The translations under genes were made by a program, and so were the position numbers. From positions 1 through 64,000 of the IMG/VR virus record IMGVR_UViG_3300020049_007105: a DNA stretch of 64,000 nucleotides. The stretch is one strand, 5' to 3'. Below, piece by piece: positions 40,199 to 50,076 of this stretch; the stretch's first letter is position 1, and the number at the start of each line of letters is the position of its first letter. The notes under the pieces are model-generated. The model did not search any database. It was not told where the DNA came from and saw only the letters and a list, made by a program, of their open reading frames with translations. The DNA is from a virus. Its lineage: Duplodnaviria > Caudoviricetes.

Positions 40199-40399
40199 GT
40201 GTCAAAAGTAATTCTAACTAAGGGCCTCCCGGCATCGGGTAAAAGTACTTGGGCAAGAGGATGGGTTGCAAAGAAGCCTACTGCTCGTGTCCGGGTTAAC
40301 AAGGATGATCTCCGTGAAGCACTTCATGGAGGTAAGTTCTCTAAGGGCAACGAGAAGGACATTCTTGACGCTGAAGCGGCGGATGGGCTGTATGCCTGA
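40199..40399 (+). pseudogene. truncated polynucleotide kinase (Pnk, AAA_33-like) N-terminus
   Basis: VILTKGLPASGKSTWAR...RVNKDDLR is the Pnk kinase start; the frame stops after 66 aa, inside the dnaE start region. Confidence 0.75.
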
Positions 40400-43300
40400 A
40401 TTTGTACACCTACATCAACATACTCACCACTCCATGCTGGATGGTGCATCTAAGGCTTCTGACGCTGTTGCTGAAATTGTTCGCCAGGGTGGCAAAGGTC
40501 TTGCTATTACTGATCATGGTAATATGTTCGGCGCTGTTGACTTCTACCGGGAGTGCAAGAAGCAGGGTGTCAACCCTATTCTGGGTATTGAGGCTTATGC
40601 CGCTAAGGCTGGGGTGGGTGAACGCCCGAGTACTTCTAAGAAGGTTGGTGAGGGGGACGAGGGTGGTAACACTGCTAGCGGAAAGGCATATTACCACCAG
40701 CTTCTTTTGGCTAGGAACTATGAGGGTTTTCAGAATCTGATGAAGCTTAGCTCTAGGGCCTATACTGAGGGCTTCTATTACAAGCCACGGCTCGATCTGG
40801 CGATGTTGGAGGATCACTCCAAGGGTCTGATTGCTACTACCTCTTGCCTTGGCGGTGTTCCTCTTCAGCTCATTATGGCTGGCAAGGATCGTGAGGCTAT
40901 GAACTATGTGGCCGGTCTTAAAGATATTATGGAGCCAGGCCATCTTTTTGTGGAGCTTCAGGACCATGGCATCCTTGAACAGAAGGAGACTAACCCGACA
41001 CTTATTCAGATTGCCAGGAAGCTCGATCTCCCCCTTGTTGCTACGAACGATTCCCATTATGTTCACGCTCATGACCATGAGACCCATGATGCGCTTTTGT
41101 GCATCCAGACTCGTGCAAAGATTTCTGACACGGATCGGTTTAAGTTCCAGGGCCAGGATTTCTATCTGAAGACTGCTGATGAGATGGCACGGGTCTTTGA
41201 TGGTCTCCCTGAGGCTTTGTCTAACACCATGTTGATTAACGATATGGTGGATATTGAGCTACCCACTCAGATCAGTGGGTTGCCGCACTTTCCTTTGCCG
41301 GAAGGTTTTATTGATGAACGTGATTATCTTACCCATCTAGTAAAGCTTGGAGCCAATAAGCGCTATGCCGGAACTGATGTGGATTTTGATGCGGTGGTGG
41401 ATCGAATTGAATATGAACTGGGCGTCATTTGTGAGATGGGCTTTGCGTCCTATTTTCTGATTAACTGGGATTTGATTCGGGAGGCTCATGAGCGAGGCAT
41501 CCTCTGTGGTTTTGGCCGGGGCAGTGCGGCTGGTTGTGCTGTTGCATATTGCTTGAACATTACCAAGGTTGACCCGATTCGGCATGGCCTAATTTTTGAG
41601 CGGTTCCTGAATCCGTCCAGGGTTTCGATGCCTGATATTGATTCAGACTTTCAGGCTGACCGTCGAGATGAACTCATTCAATACCTCAAGGACACCTATG
41701 GTATTGATCATGTTGCTCAGGCGATTACTTTCGGAGTGATCCGCTCTAAGGCTGCACTGAAGGATTCGACTAGGGTCCAAGGCTATGACTACGCTGATGG
41801 CGAAAGACTGTCCAAGGCTTTCCCTGACCCCCTGTTTGGCCGTCAGGCGCCCATTGGAGCGGTGCTACACGAGGTTCCGGGACTTGAGTGGGCCTATGAG
41901 AGCGGGCAAGATTTCCGTGCCTTAGCGGGCTCCACACCGGCTATGAGCGCTATCGTGAAACTGGCTCAAGCCATTGAGGGCATCAAGCGTTCTGAGTCGA
42001 TTCACCCAAGTGCGCTTATTATTTCCGACAGGCCCCTCCTTGAGGTGTGCCCTACAGGCCGGAAGCCCGGTGGACCACTATTTACTCAGTGGGAGCAGGA
42101 TATTCTTGAAGCCCTTGGCCTCCTGAAGCTCGACATCCTTGGGTTAAAGAACTTGGACATTTTGGGAAGGTGCATTACAAGGGTTTTGGCCGCTGGCATT
42201 GAGGTCCCCGACATCTATGAATCCAACCCTCAGTTTAAGGATGAGGCTACATATAAGCTTTTAGCGGCCGGTAAGTCTATTGGCGTGTTTCAGCTTGAGT
42301 CTCCAGCCATGAGGGCTCTGCTGAGAAAGATGGTGCCGAACTCCATTGAGGACATCTCGGCAACTATCGCTTTGTATCGTCCAGGGCCAATGTCCCAGGA
42401 CTACCATAACATTTTTGCTGATAGGAAGAATGGTCGAGTCCCTATTGCAAGCATCCATGAACGACTGGAGCCGTTGCTAAAGGACTCCTACCAGCTCCCA
42501 ATCTACCAAGAACAGGTCATGACCATCAGTCGTGAGGCTGCTCAGTTTGATATGGTTGAGGCTGACAACATGCGTAAGGCCATGGGTAAGAAAGATCAGG
42601 GCCTCCTTGATTCTTTCCGTGAGAAGTTTGTTCAGGGTTGTATTGACAATGATTACACCGAGGAATTCTCTAACAGACTGTTCGATGGTCTAGAGGATTA
42701 CGCCAGCTATGCGTTTAACGCTTCTCACAGTATGGGCTATGCGTATTTGTCATACTGGACTGCATATTTCAAGGCTAACCACACTGGGTTCTATATGGCG
42801 GCACTAATGGATTATGCCGCTGACCTAGACGGTTTGAAGCCCTTGCTGGCAGAGACTCAGAGTTTGGGTGTTAAGATCATGCCCCCTACGGTCCAGTCTA
42901 AGATGAACAGCTTCACTTTTGACCCAGAGGTTAACGGCATTCACTTTCCTTTGTCTTCGATTAAGGGTGTTGGTAAGATTGGTGATATAATCTCTGAGGG
43001 CGCCCCATATGATGATGTGTGGGATTTTGCTGCCAGAGTGGCTATCAATGCTAGCGCTTTCCAAGCGGTCGCCAGGTCAGGTGGTTTTGATTCTCTGACT
43101 GACGAGACAAGGGAGACTCTGATTTTTAATCAGGATACGATACTTACACACGGAAGGTCTAAGATCAAAGACAACAAGGTTGGTGCTATGTCTCTGTTTG
43201 GGGATGAGGATTTCTATCCCGAGTTGGAACAGAACCCGGAGCCTGAGGATGAGGCGGTAACGCTTAATCACGAGAAGGATTACATAGGTGTGTTCCTGAG

Positions 43301-43619
43301 TGGTCATCCCGTGGATGGCTTCGAGGGTATTTCGGAGATGTTTATCTCTGAGATCAATGAACACGAGTTTGACGGTTCTTATATTGTTGCCGCTTATCTT
43401 GATAAGGCTACTGCCTTCAGGACTAAGAAGGGCAAGATGATGGCGAAGTTGACACTGGAGGATAGGTCGGGCTCGCTTGAGGCAGTTCTGTTTCCGAATA
43501 GTTACAAGATTTTTGAGGCTGATCTGAAGGATAAGCAGGTCTATGATTTCACTCTTAAGGTGTCTCACCGCCAAGGGGAGGTGACGATTTCGGTAGACAG
43601 TATGACGCAATTGGATTAA
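40392..43619 (+). CDS. dnaE: DNA polymerase III alpha subunit (phage DnaE)
   Basis: PHP domain FVHLHQHT.HS.LDG, AITDHG, TNDSHY; polymerase GRGSAAG, MPDIDSDF, KLDILGL; C-terminal OB fold. Confidence 0.95.
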   Translation: MPEFVHLHQHTHHSMLDGASKASDAVAEIVRQGGKGLAITDHGNMFGAVDFYRECKKQGVNPILGIEAYAAKAGVGERPSTSKKVGEGDEGGNTASGKAYYHQLLLARNYEGFQNLMKLSSRAYTEGFYYKPRLDLAMLEDHSKGLIATTSCLGGVPLQLIMAGKDREAMNYVAGLKDIMEPGHLFVELQDHGILEQKETNPTLIQIARKLDLPLVATNDSHYVHAHDHETHDALLCIQTRAKISDTDRFKFQGQDFYLKTADEMARVFDGLPEALSNTMLINDMVDIELPTQISGLPHFPLPEGFIDERDYLTHLVKLGANKRYAGTDVDFDAVVDRIEYELGVICEMGFASYFLINWDLIREAHERGILCGFGRGSAAGCAVAYCLNITKVDPIRHGLIFERFLNPSRVSMPDIDSDFQADRRDELIQYLKDTYGIDHVAQAITFGVIRSKAALKDSTRVQGYDYADGERLSKAFPDPLFGRQAPIGAVLHEVPGLEWAYESGQDFRALAGSTPAMSAIVKLAQAIEGIKRSESIHPSALIISDRPLLEVCPTGRKPGGPLFTQWEQDILEALGLLKLDILGLKNLDILGRCITRVLAAGIEVPDIYESNPQFKDEATYKLLAAGKSIGVFQLESPAMRALLRKMVPNSIEDISATIALYRPGPMSQDYHNIFADRKNGRVPIASIHERLEPLLKDSYQLPIYQEQVMTISREAAQFDMVEADNMRKAMGKKDQGLLDSFREKFVQGCIDNDYTEEFSNRLFDGLEDYASYAFNASHSMGYAYLSYWTAYFKANHTGFYMAALMDYAADLDGLKPLLAETQSLGVKIMPPTVQSKMNSFTFDPEVNGIHFPLSSIKGVGKIGDIISEGAPYDDVWDFAARVAINASAFQAVARSGGFDSLTDETRETLIFNQDTILTHGRSKIKDNKVGAMSLFGDEDFYPELEQNPEPEDEAVTLNHEKDYIGVFLSGHPVDGFEGISEMFISEINEHEFDGSYIVAAYLDKATAFRTKKGKMMAKLTLEDRSGSLEAVLFPNSYKIFEADLKDKQVYDFTLKVSHRQGEVTISVDSMTQLD

Positions 43620-43663
43620 TATCATAGGAATACGATTTACACTACAAAGGAGAGGTTTTATTT

Positions 43664-44179
43664 ATGTCTGAGGAAAAGATCGAAAACTGGGTCAACCGAG
43701 GCCCGAAGTTCCGTGTTTGGTTTATGGCCGACCTGTCTAAGCCGGGTTCGGCTTATGATCGTTTGGTTCATAACGAAGAGGGTTTCACTTTGACCCGCAC
43801 TGAGCGACTGTTTAATGAGAACAAGTTCGGTCGTCGTCCCGAGAATAACCCGTTCGCTAATGGCACGTTCACTAGTGCTGCTGAAGTGAAGGACCCTGAT
43901 GCGTCTTTGAAGACGAAGACGCCCAATACTTTTTCGGATGATGAACTTGTCAGCCTTTTGGGCGAGCACTGGAGGACCCTTCAGGAGGGTCTGGATGAGA
44001 TTACGAATCCTGTGACTCTGCGCCGAATGATTACTTTGGGTATCGATGCTGACCTTTCAGCTAAGGCTGTTGAGCGTGCCCAGAAGCGCCTTAATGAGTT
44101 GGAGCCTGAGAGTGACCAGAAGTCTGACGGTGCTTTCGATGAGGGCGATGGCGACGACGACGACGAAGACACCTTCTGA
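43664..44179 (+). CDS. hypothetical virion-region protein
   Basis: AAGGAGAGG RBS and a late-motif variant upstream. Confidence 0.6.
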   Translation: MSEEKIENWVNRGPKFRVWFMADLSKPGSAYDRLVHNEEGFTLTRTERLFNENKFGRRPENNPFANGTFTSAAEVKDPDASLKTKTPNTFSDDELVSLLGEHWRTLQEGLDEITNPVTLRRMITLGIDADLSAKAVERAQKRLNELEPESDQKSDGAFDEGDGDDDDEDTF

Positions 44180-44238
44180 GAGCCCGTACAAGGCCGTCTA
44201 ACGGCCACTAACCCACCTACTAGGGGGATCGTACCCGA

Positions 44239-44706
44239 ATGCTGCTAACGTCGCTTGTAGACGCCCTGAGGCGGGCTATCAACCCTCCCGGCGAAGAGCT
44301 ATTTCCCAACGCTAATGATCTTGTTCTCCAAGGATACTTGGCGGATGCTTTTGGTGTTGCCAGGATGAACGGTGTGATCCCCCAGAAGTGGGTTAATAAC
44401 GCTGGAACTATTGAGAACCCAGATGATGCTGCTGACGTGTTCCCTGTGGACTTGGCAACTATTATTGTGATTTATGCGAAGATTCAGATTCTGAGAAGTC
44501 GTATTATGAATATCCAGTCCAAGTTTAAGGCTAAGGCTGGACCTGTTGAGTATGAGACTCAGAATGCTGTAACGCACCTGAGGGAGTTGTTGAGGACTTT
44601 CGAGGATGAACTTGAGGAAATCAAGGACGCCTTGACAGAGAACAAAACTATTTGTAGCAAGTATATTGATGTAGGCTTGAATCGAGTCTATCCGGGCCGG
44701 TGGTAA
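44239..44706 (+). CDS. putative head-tail adaptor
   Basis: Helical ~155-aa protein with KAGPVEYE; position in the neck region. Confidence 0.45.
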   Translation: MLLTSLVDALRRAINPPGEELFPNANDLVLQGYLADAFGVARMNGVIPQKWVNNAGTIENPDDAADVFPVDLATIIVIYAKIQILRSRIMNIQSKFKAKAGPVEYETQNAVTHLRELLRTFEDELEEIKDALTENKTICSKYIDVGLNRVYPGRW

Positions 44707-44709
44707 AAA

Positions 44710-45234
44710 GTGTTTAAGAAACTCCTTTTGGGACTGGTTACGATAGCGCTGCTGGCTGGGTGCGTAGCTCCGCCGCCGAACTTCCCGGTGTATCAGGAGG
44801 GTCGGGCGTTCCCGTCGTGCACGGTCCCGATCTACGTGTCGGCGAATGTGCAGGACCGGCCGCGGGTGAAGGCCGCGGCCGCCGAGTTCGGCCGTCTGTC
44901 GGGCTACCGTTTCGCTGATTCGTCCTATGCGGATGCGTCGGCGCACGGCATCGTTGTGGTGTGGCGCGGGGGGACGGCGCCGAGGGGCGGCGGGAAAGCG
45001 AACCCGACCTACCGCCGGTCCGGTGGCCGTCTGTGGACGACATGGCGGATCGACCTCGACAACGTGGGTGCGGTCCGTCACGAGTGGGGGCACACGATGG
45101 GATGGCTGCACCCGTCCCCGCCGGTGGCTGGCAACCTGATGAGCAACAGCACGACGATCCACCCGGTACAGGCTGGGCAGGCGCGGTGGTTGCGGGCCGA
45201 GTCGGCACGGCTGAACCCTGGGGGGTGCCGCTAA
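44710..45234 (+). CDS. lipoprotein zinc metallopeptidase (metzincin-like)
   Basis: Lipobox LLAGC; VRHEWGHTMGWLH (HExxHxxGxxH) plus NLM Met-turn. Confidence 0.8.
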   Translation: MFKKLLLGLVTIALLAGCVAPPPNFPVYQEGRAFPSCTVPIYVSANVQDRPRVKAAAAEFGRLSGYRFADSSYADASAHGIVVVWRGGTAPRGGGKANPTYRRSGGRLWTTWRIDLDNVGAVRHEWGHTMGWLHPSPPVAGNLMSNSTTIHPVQAGQARWLRAESARLNPGGCR

Positions 45235-47489
45235 TGGCCGCTGTCGAAATCCCGTGGTCGCGGATCGTCACATGGTCGCCATCTAGCGCACCGTTTGGGC
45301 TCACCCCGAGCGGGGTACTCACGCTGAACCGGGTCTTACCGGGCGTTCTCACGACCGACACGGCCGTACCTGCCGGGTCAGCGTCGATCCGGGTCGCTGA
45401 ACTGCCGGGAGGCGGCGAGCTGGGACGGTACGGGTACGCTCTCCGAACCTTCGGTGGTGCGCTGCTCGTCCCGACCAACCTGGACGGCGCCACGTTAAAC
45501 GCCGGTTACGCCTACCCACGCCACAACCCCGCAGTGTGGACCCCCGAGTGGAACACCCCGGGCGGCGACATTGTGCTCGAAACACGGCTCTGGTCGAACG
45601 CGCTCGGATTGCACGCAGCGAAACTGTCGGGGCTGATCGTCGGCCCGTCCACCGTGGGCGACCTCCAGTATTGGGACAGCCTTGACCTTGCCACGACAGT
45701 GGCAGCGGGCTACGTTTTTCCGACGTGGCCCGTGTCCGGTGTCGACGGTCCGTGGGTGAGTGCGTTCGCTTCGGGCACAGTGCTCGCGGTCCGCAAGACG
45801 TGGACTGGCACCAAGACGATCACGGTCCCGCTCCGACAGACCGGCAGCACCATGACCGCCACACTCACCGCACCCGGTGGAGCGACGTTGCTGTCCGCTG
45901 GCGGGGCGACGGTCTCCGGTTCGACGTTAACAATCCCGCCCGGTGTGCAGTGCGTCCCCAAGTGGGAAGCAACCGGGGGCGCCACACTGACGCTTACGAA
46001 GGGCGCTCCGGCGATCGTCGCCAGCTACGCCCCCGTGTTCGTCGAAACGCCAGTAGTTCCGCCGACGCCGCCGACGATCACCAAACTGATCCCCACGGTC
46101 GGCCCCGACACGGGCGGCACGCTCGTCGATGTGATTGGCACCGACCTGACCGGCGCCACCGCCGTGGACTTCGGAGGCACGGCAGGCACCGGGCTGACCG
46201 TCGACCCGTCCGGCAACCTCGCCACGGTCACCAGCCCGGCACACACCGCAGGCCCCTACCCGGTGACGATCACCACCCCCGCAGGCGTGAGCAACGCCGA
46301 GACGTTCACGTTCGAGGCGCCGCCGGTTGTCACCGTCCCCGTCATTTACGCAGCGTACCCGTTACGCCTTTGTGCCGACGCCCCCGACAACCCGCAGGTG
46401 CTGATCCCCATCATCTTCCCGATCACTGACGTGGTTAGCGCCGAGGTAGGCGGAGTGGACGCCGGGGTCGGTGGGGTGCTCGACATCGGCGGGGGGGGTG
46501 GCTCCGTGTTCATATCCCCGCCATCCCTGTCGCCCGGCACCTACGACCTGATCCTCACGAACAGCGCAGGGTCGTCTGACCCGTACCCGATCGAATATGT
46601 TGACTGCGAAGGCTGCCCGCCCGACCCGACCGTCGTCGCAGTGTTCCCCGGCGCAGCGCTCCCCGGTGCCACGATCCAGCTCGTCGGCACCAACCTGACC
46701 GGCGCCACCGTCACCATGTGCGGCGATCCTGTCGCCATCGTCAGCAACGACGGCAACATCATCACCGTTGTCGTACCGCCCGGCTGCCCCGACGGGCCAG
46801 CCACTATCACGGTCACCACACCAGACGGCGAGACAACCGTCGACTTCACGGTGCTGAAACTACTGGCTCCGGTCATTGACCTGGCTACTCCAGATGAGGG
46901 GTACAACACAGGCGGAGGTGTTGTCATGCTGTCGGGTCGGAATTTCCTGGGTGTCTCTGAGGTAACCTTTGACGGCCTTCCTGGAGTTAACCTGTTTGTT
47001 CCTTCTGATGATGTGCTGATTGTTACTGCACCGCCCCATGCTGCTGGTCAGGTCAGTATTCTCGTTACGAGCCCTTCTGGGGTCAGTCTGCCTTTCGATT
47101 GGACATACATCCCAACGGATGGTCCGCCAGATATTTACGGTATTGTCCCATCTTCCGGCCCTAAAACTGGCGGCACTGAGATCACTCTGATCGGTAAGGG
47201 TTTTGTTGGTCTTACTTCTATCACGATTGAGGGCAAGGAGTGTTTTAGGGTTACTGTTTTGAGTGACACTGAGGCAACCTGTGTGACCACTTCCAATCCG
47301 GTTGGTTCAGCGCAGGTTATTGCTACCAACAGTAAGGGGGCTTCGCCTCCAGCCAATTTCACTTACTTCGAAGCTGAGGGTGGCACGGGGATTGACAACC
47401 TTGGTGCCGGTGGAATTATTTTTCAGAGCCTGAAGCTGTTCAAGAAAGTCGATATCACTATCAGGATGCCTGATCTAAGGAAACCGTAA
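45234..47489 (+). CDS. multi-IPT/TIG (Ig-like) virion surface protein (start refined to MAAVEIP)
   Basis: TAATG coupling; repeated P.I..L.P..GP..GGT.V.I.G..F.G...V.F units. Confidence 0.8.
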   Translation: MAAVEIPWSRIVTWSPSSAPFGLTPSGVLTLNRVLPGVLTTDTAVPAGSASIRVAELPGGGELGRYGYALRTFGGALLVPTNLDGATLNAGYAYPRHNPAVWTPEWNTPGGDIVLETRLWSNALGLHAAKLSGLIVGPSTVGDLQYWDSLDLATTVAAGYVFPTWPVSGVDGPWVSAFASGTVLAVRKTWTGTKTITVPLRQTGSTMTATLTAPGGATLLSAGGATVSGSTLTIPPGVQCVPKWEATGGATLTLTKGAPAIVASYAPVFVETPVVPPTPPTITKLIPTVGPDTGGTLVDVIGTDLTGATAVDFGGTAGTGLTVDPSGNLATVTSPAHTAGPYPVTITTPAGVSNAETFTFEAPPVVTVPVIYAAYPLRLCADAPDNPQVLIPIIFPITDVVSAEVGGVDAGVGGVLDIGGGGGSVFISPPSLSPGTYDLILTNSAGSSDPYPIEYVDCEGCPPDPTVVAVFPGAALPGATIQLVGTNLTGATVTMCGDPVAIVSNDGNIITVVVPPGCPDGPATITVTTPDGETTVDFTVLKLLAPVIDLATPDEGYNTGGGVVMLSGRNFLGVSEVTFDGLPGVNLFVPSDDVLIVTAPPHAAGQVSILVTSPSGVSLPFDWTYIPTDGPPDIYGIVPSSGPKTGGTEITLIGKGFVGLTSITIEGKECFRVTVLSDTEATCVTTSNPVGSAQVIATNSKGASPPANFTYFEAEGGTGIDNLGAGGIIFQSLKLFKKVDITIRMPDLRKP

Positions 47490-47490
47490 T

Positions 47491-47787
47491 ATGGCTTTTT
47501 ATAATGGCGAGACGTTCATTGTCCAGGTTGAACTTAAGGACTACCTTGGCGATCTCCTGATTGGTGGCGATCTGAGTTCCGTTGTTGGTACGGTCTATGA
47601 GTCCGATGGCGAAACTGAAGCGGTCCCTACTTTCTCTTTCGTCTATTCTGATGAGCGGGGTCGCTGTTGGGTTGGCGAGTTTGATACTGACGGTGTGCCC
47701 TATGGGAAGTATAAGCTTAAGGTTCTTGTTACCGCTAAGGATGGCTCTCAGAACTGGGAGTATTCGACTCTGACTCTGAGGCCCTAA
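47491..47787 (+). CDS. hypothetical Ig-like structural protein
   Basis: Beta-rich 98 aa with GKYKLKV. Confidence 0.5.
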   Translation: MAFYNGETFIVQVELKDYLGDLLIGGDLSSVVGTVYESDGETEAVPTFSFVYSDERGRCWVGEFDTDGVPYGKYKLKVLVTAKDGSQNWEYSTLTLRP

Positions 47788-48503
47788 TGAGCCTAGAGAT
47801 TTTAGCCCTTTTTCCTGATTCGAGCGTCGAGGCCGGTGATATCGAAGTTGCCGTGGTGGGTGACGAGTTCACTGGTGTGACTGATGTGACTTTTGACGGG
47901 GTTTCGGCTACGGACCTAGTTTTCGTTTCTGATGGTATGCTTACGGTTACTGCACCGGCTGGTGCGGGTGTGGTTGATGTTGTTGTCACGACACCCTTAG
48001 GCACTTCTTCCCCTTTTAGTTTTACTTACGTTGCGCCTCCTACGACTAATGTCATTAACAAGTCAAACCAGGGGGCTTTTAATGAGGCAGCTTTTAGGGA
48101 TGGCATTCTGTTTGCCATGAACATGGGGACGCCCAAAGAAGTTGAGGAGCGTGTAACTTTCGTTTGGGAAGCCAAAAAGGATTACCTGGCCGAGGACGGC
48201 AAGGGCGTTCCTTTCAAGCTGGATGACGCAGGCACTCTAGTTACCCCAGAGAGGACCGCTCAAATCCCTCTCGCTTTGGAGTTCATTAACCGTTCCACTC
48301 TTTCTGGTGGTACTGGACTTGAAGCTTTTGATACACCGAGGGTTGTTCTTACTGTCATGGACACTGAGTTCCCTCAGATTCAGGGCGCTGACTATATGAT
48401 CATTGATGGTGACCACTACGATATTAAGTTTGAAGCTCCCCCTGTTGGGCTCTTCAACGTAACAGTACATACCATTCATGGTCACGCTAGAGATGAGACC
48501 TAA
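47787..48503 (+). CDS. IPT domain fused to a putative head-closure domain
   Basis: N-terminal G..FTGVT.V.FDG...V.TP.GTS..F.Y IPT unit; C-terminal IDG..Y.I beta domain. Confidence 0.55.
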   Translation: MSLEILALFPDSSVEAGDIEVAVVGDEFTGVTDVTFDGVSATDLVFVSDGMLTVTAPAGAGVVDVVVTTPLGTSSPFSFTYVAPPTTNVINKSNQGAFNEAAFRDGILFAMNMGTPKEVEERVTFVWEAKKDYLAEDGKGVPFKLDDAGTLVTPERTAQIPLALEFINRSTLSGGTGLEAFDTPRVVLTVMDTEFPQIQGADYMIIDGDHYDIKFEAPPVGLFNVTVHTIHGHARDET

Positions 48504-49010
48504 ATGCCCTATGGTGGCGAACTCGTAAGACTTGTTAAGCATAGTTGTTTTAGGTATATTGAGTCTGCGCTGTCTGACTTGAATTACTTTTCTGACACTG
48601 ATGCTTATAAGGCTTGGCATTTTACTGAGGATCAGATCACTGACGATATTAAGCTGGTTACGAACACAGTTTCACTGACTGTTGAGCGGTCTTTGAGTAG
48701 CGAGCTTGAGTTGGGGTCTAACGCCACTGAGGTTGAGCGGTATGCGTATCTGGATGTGTATCCAGAGAACCGTTCCCTTGGCGAGCATATGGCTGGCGAC
48801 CTTATGGCTATTCTTGAAGGCAAGATGCCTAACATCAATATCACGAAACCTTCGTTTCCTGTGATCAATTGGTCTGTGTCTGATTCAGCTCATCTGTTTG
48901 AGGCTGACATTGAGAGCCCTATGTCCAGTCTTGAGCGGGACTATGGGAAGCCATACAAGAAGAACTGGTATACGATCGGTTTCAAGATCACCTATGGGGA
49001 CTTCAACTGA
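48504..49010 (+). CDS. putative tail terminator/neck protein
   Basis: Synteny; ELGS...YLDVY pattern. Confidence 0.4.
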   Translation: MPYGGELVRLVKHSCFRYIESALSDLNYFSDTDAYKAWHFTEDQITDDIKLVTNTVSLTVERSLSSELELGSNATEVERYAYLDVYPENRSLGEHMAGDLMAILEGKMPNINITKPSFPVINWSVSDSAHLFEADIESPMSSLERDYGKPYKKNWYTIGFKITYGDFN

Positions 49011-49272
49011 TGGTTTCCGAAATCAGTCAGGATGACCTCAAGTCTTTAGAGAAGCTGAAGAAGCGCTGTATTGGGCGCATTCTGGAAGCTAAGGATGACG
49101 CCTGCTATGACCTGAATGAAGAGGATAGCGATGCCCTTCGTTCCAGTGTCATTCATGAGGTGAATCACCTTTATGATGTGATGAAGATGTATGTGGAGCA
49201 TGGCACCAAGGTGAACCAGCTTTTCCTTCAGCGCATGGAAGAGATTCATCAAGCTGTTGTTGGTGATAAGTA

Positions 49273-49989
49273 ATGGCAACCGCAACTGTTATCTTTGGTA
49301 CTGACCCTTCGTCTATTATGGCTGGGGTTGCTAAGGCCAGCTCCAAGATGGTGGGCGAGGTTTTTAGCGAGCTGTCTAAGGACGCTCAGAGGTTCGTTAA
49401 GAACCAGAACAGAACCATTAAGCCCAAGCTTCAGGCGGTCGCTGATGCTTCCATTAGGGAGACCCTTCGGCTTCAAGAACTTAGCCGTGTTCGTCCAACC
49501 CAGCCTTATCGTCCTAATGACCGCCTAACAGGCCAACTGAGGGCCGCTCTGACTGGTGGCAATGTGGCTCGGGTAGTTAATGGACAGCTACGCTTTGGTG
49601 ACCTTGACGCCATTTACAACACTGCTAAGCATATCTATCGAATCAACTTCGGAACCACGCCCACTGATAGGGGGCAGGCTAGTGTTACGGTGGACGGGGC
49701 TAGGTTCCCTGTCCCAACAGCAGCCTTGTATGGCCAGCAAACGAAGCCTTGGGAGATGCCGAGAGGTCGGTTCTACCCTGGGGGTCGTTTCTACCCTGGC
49801 AGGGGTGAAGGTGTTCAGATTGAAGCTGGGACTCCGGCAGGTATGGCGGGCCAGTTCTTCCTGTCCGATGCTGGTGTTTTTGCTCTCAGGGGTTCCATCA
49901 AGGCTTACAAAGATCACGTCGAGGACTTGATTGACAAATCTCTCGAAACCGGCAAGCAAAAGTTCGCTACCTACAACATTGTAGTCTAG
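49273..49989 (+). CDS. neck/tail completion protein
   Basis: RLTGQLRAAL resembles the TG.L..S motif of tail-completion proteins; position before major tail. Confidence 0.4.
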   Translation: MATATVIFGTDPSSIMAGVAKASSKMVGEVFSELSKDAQRFVKNQNRTIKPKLQAVADASIRETLRLQELSRVRPTQPYRPNDRLTGQLRAALTGGNVARVVNGQLRFGDLDAIYNTAKHIYRINFGTTPTDRGQASVTVDGARFPVPTAALYGQQTKPWEMPRGRFYPGGRFYPGRGEGVQIEAGTPAGMAGQFFLSDAGVFALRGSIKAYKDHVEDLIDKSLETGKQKFATYNIVV

Positions 49990-50076
49990 GTCTCGAATAA
50001 CACCAAATACGATATACCTAAGGAACCTACCTGTTAGATGCAGCTAGCACAAATCTATTCTTAGGGAGTATCCTCC

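Noticed and set aside
40266-40391. Extended DnaE N-terminus or a Pnk-DnaE frameshift fusion
   Set aside because: DnaE homology begins at MPEFVHLH (40392); the extension is a shadow of the Pnk frame and I see no slippery site.
46491-46498. G8 tract in the IPT gene as a phase-variation switch
   Set aside because: It encodes a Gly run in GC-rich DNA and the frame is intact; there is no evidence without read data.
44299-46927. Long alternative-frame and antisense ORFs in the high-GC segment
   Set aside because: Expected from stop-codon scarcity at ~70% GC; the translations are Arg/Pro-rich with no recognisable motifs.
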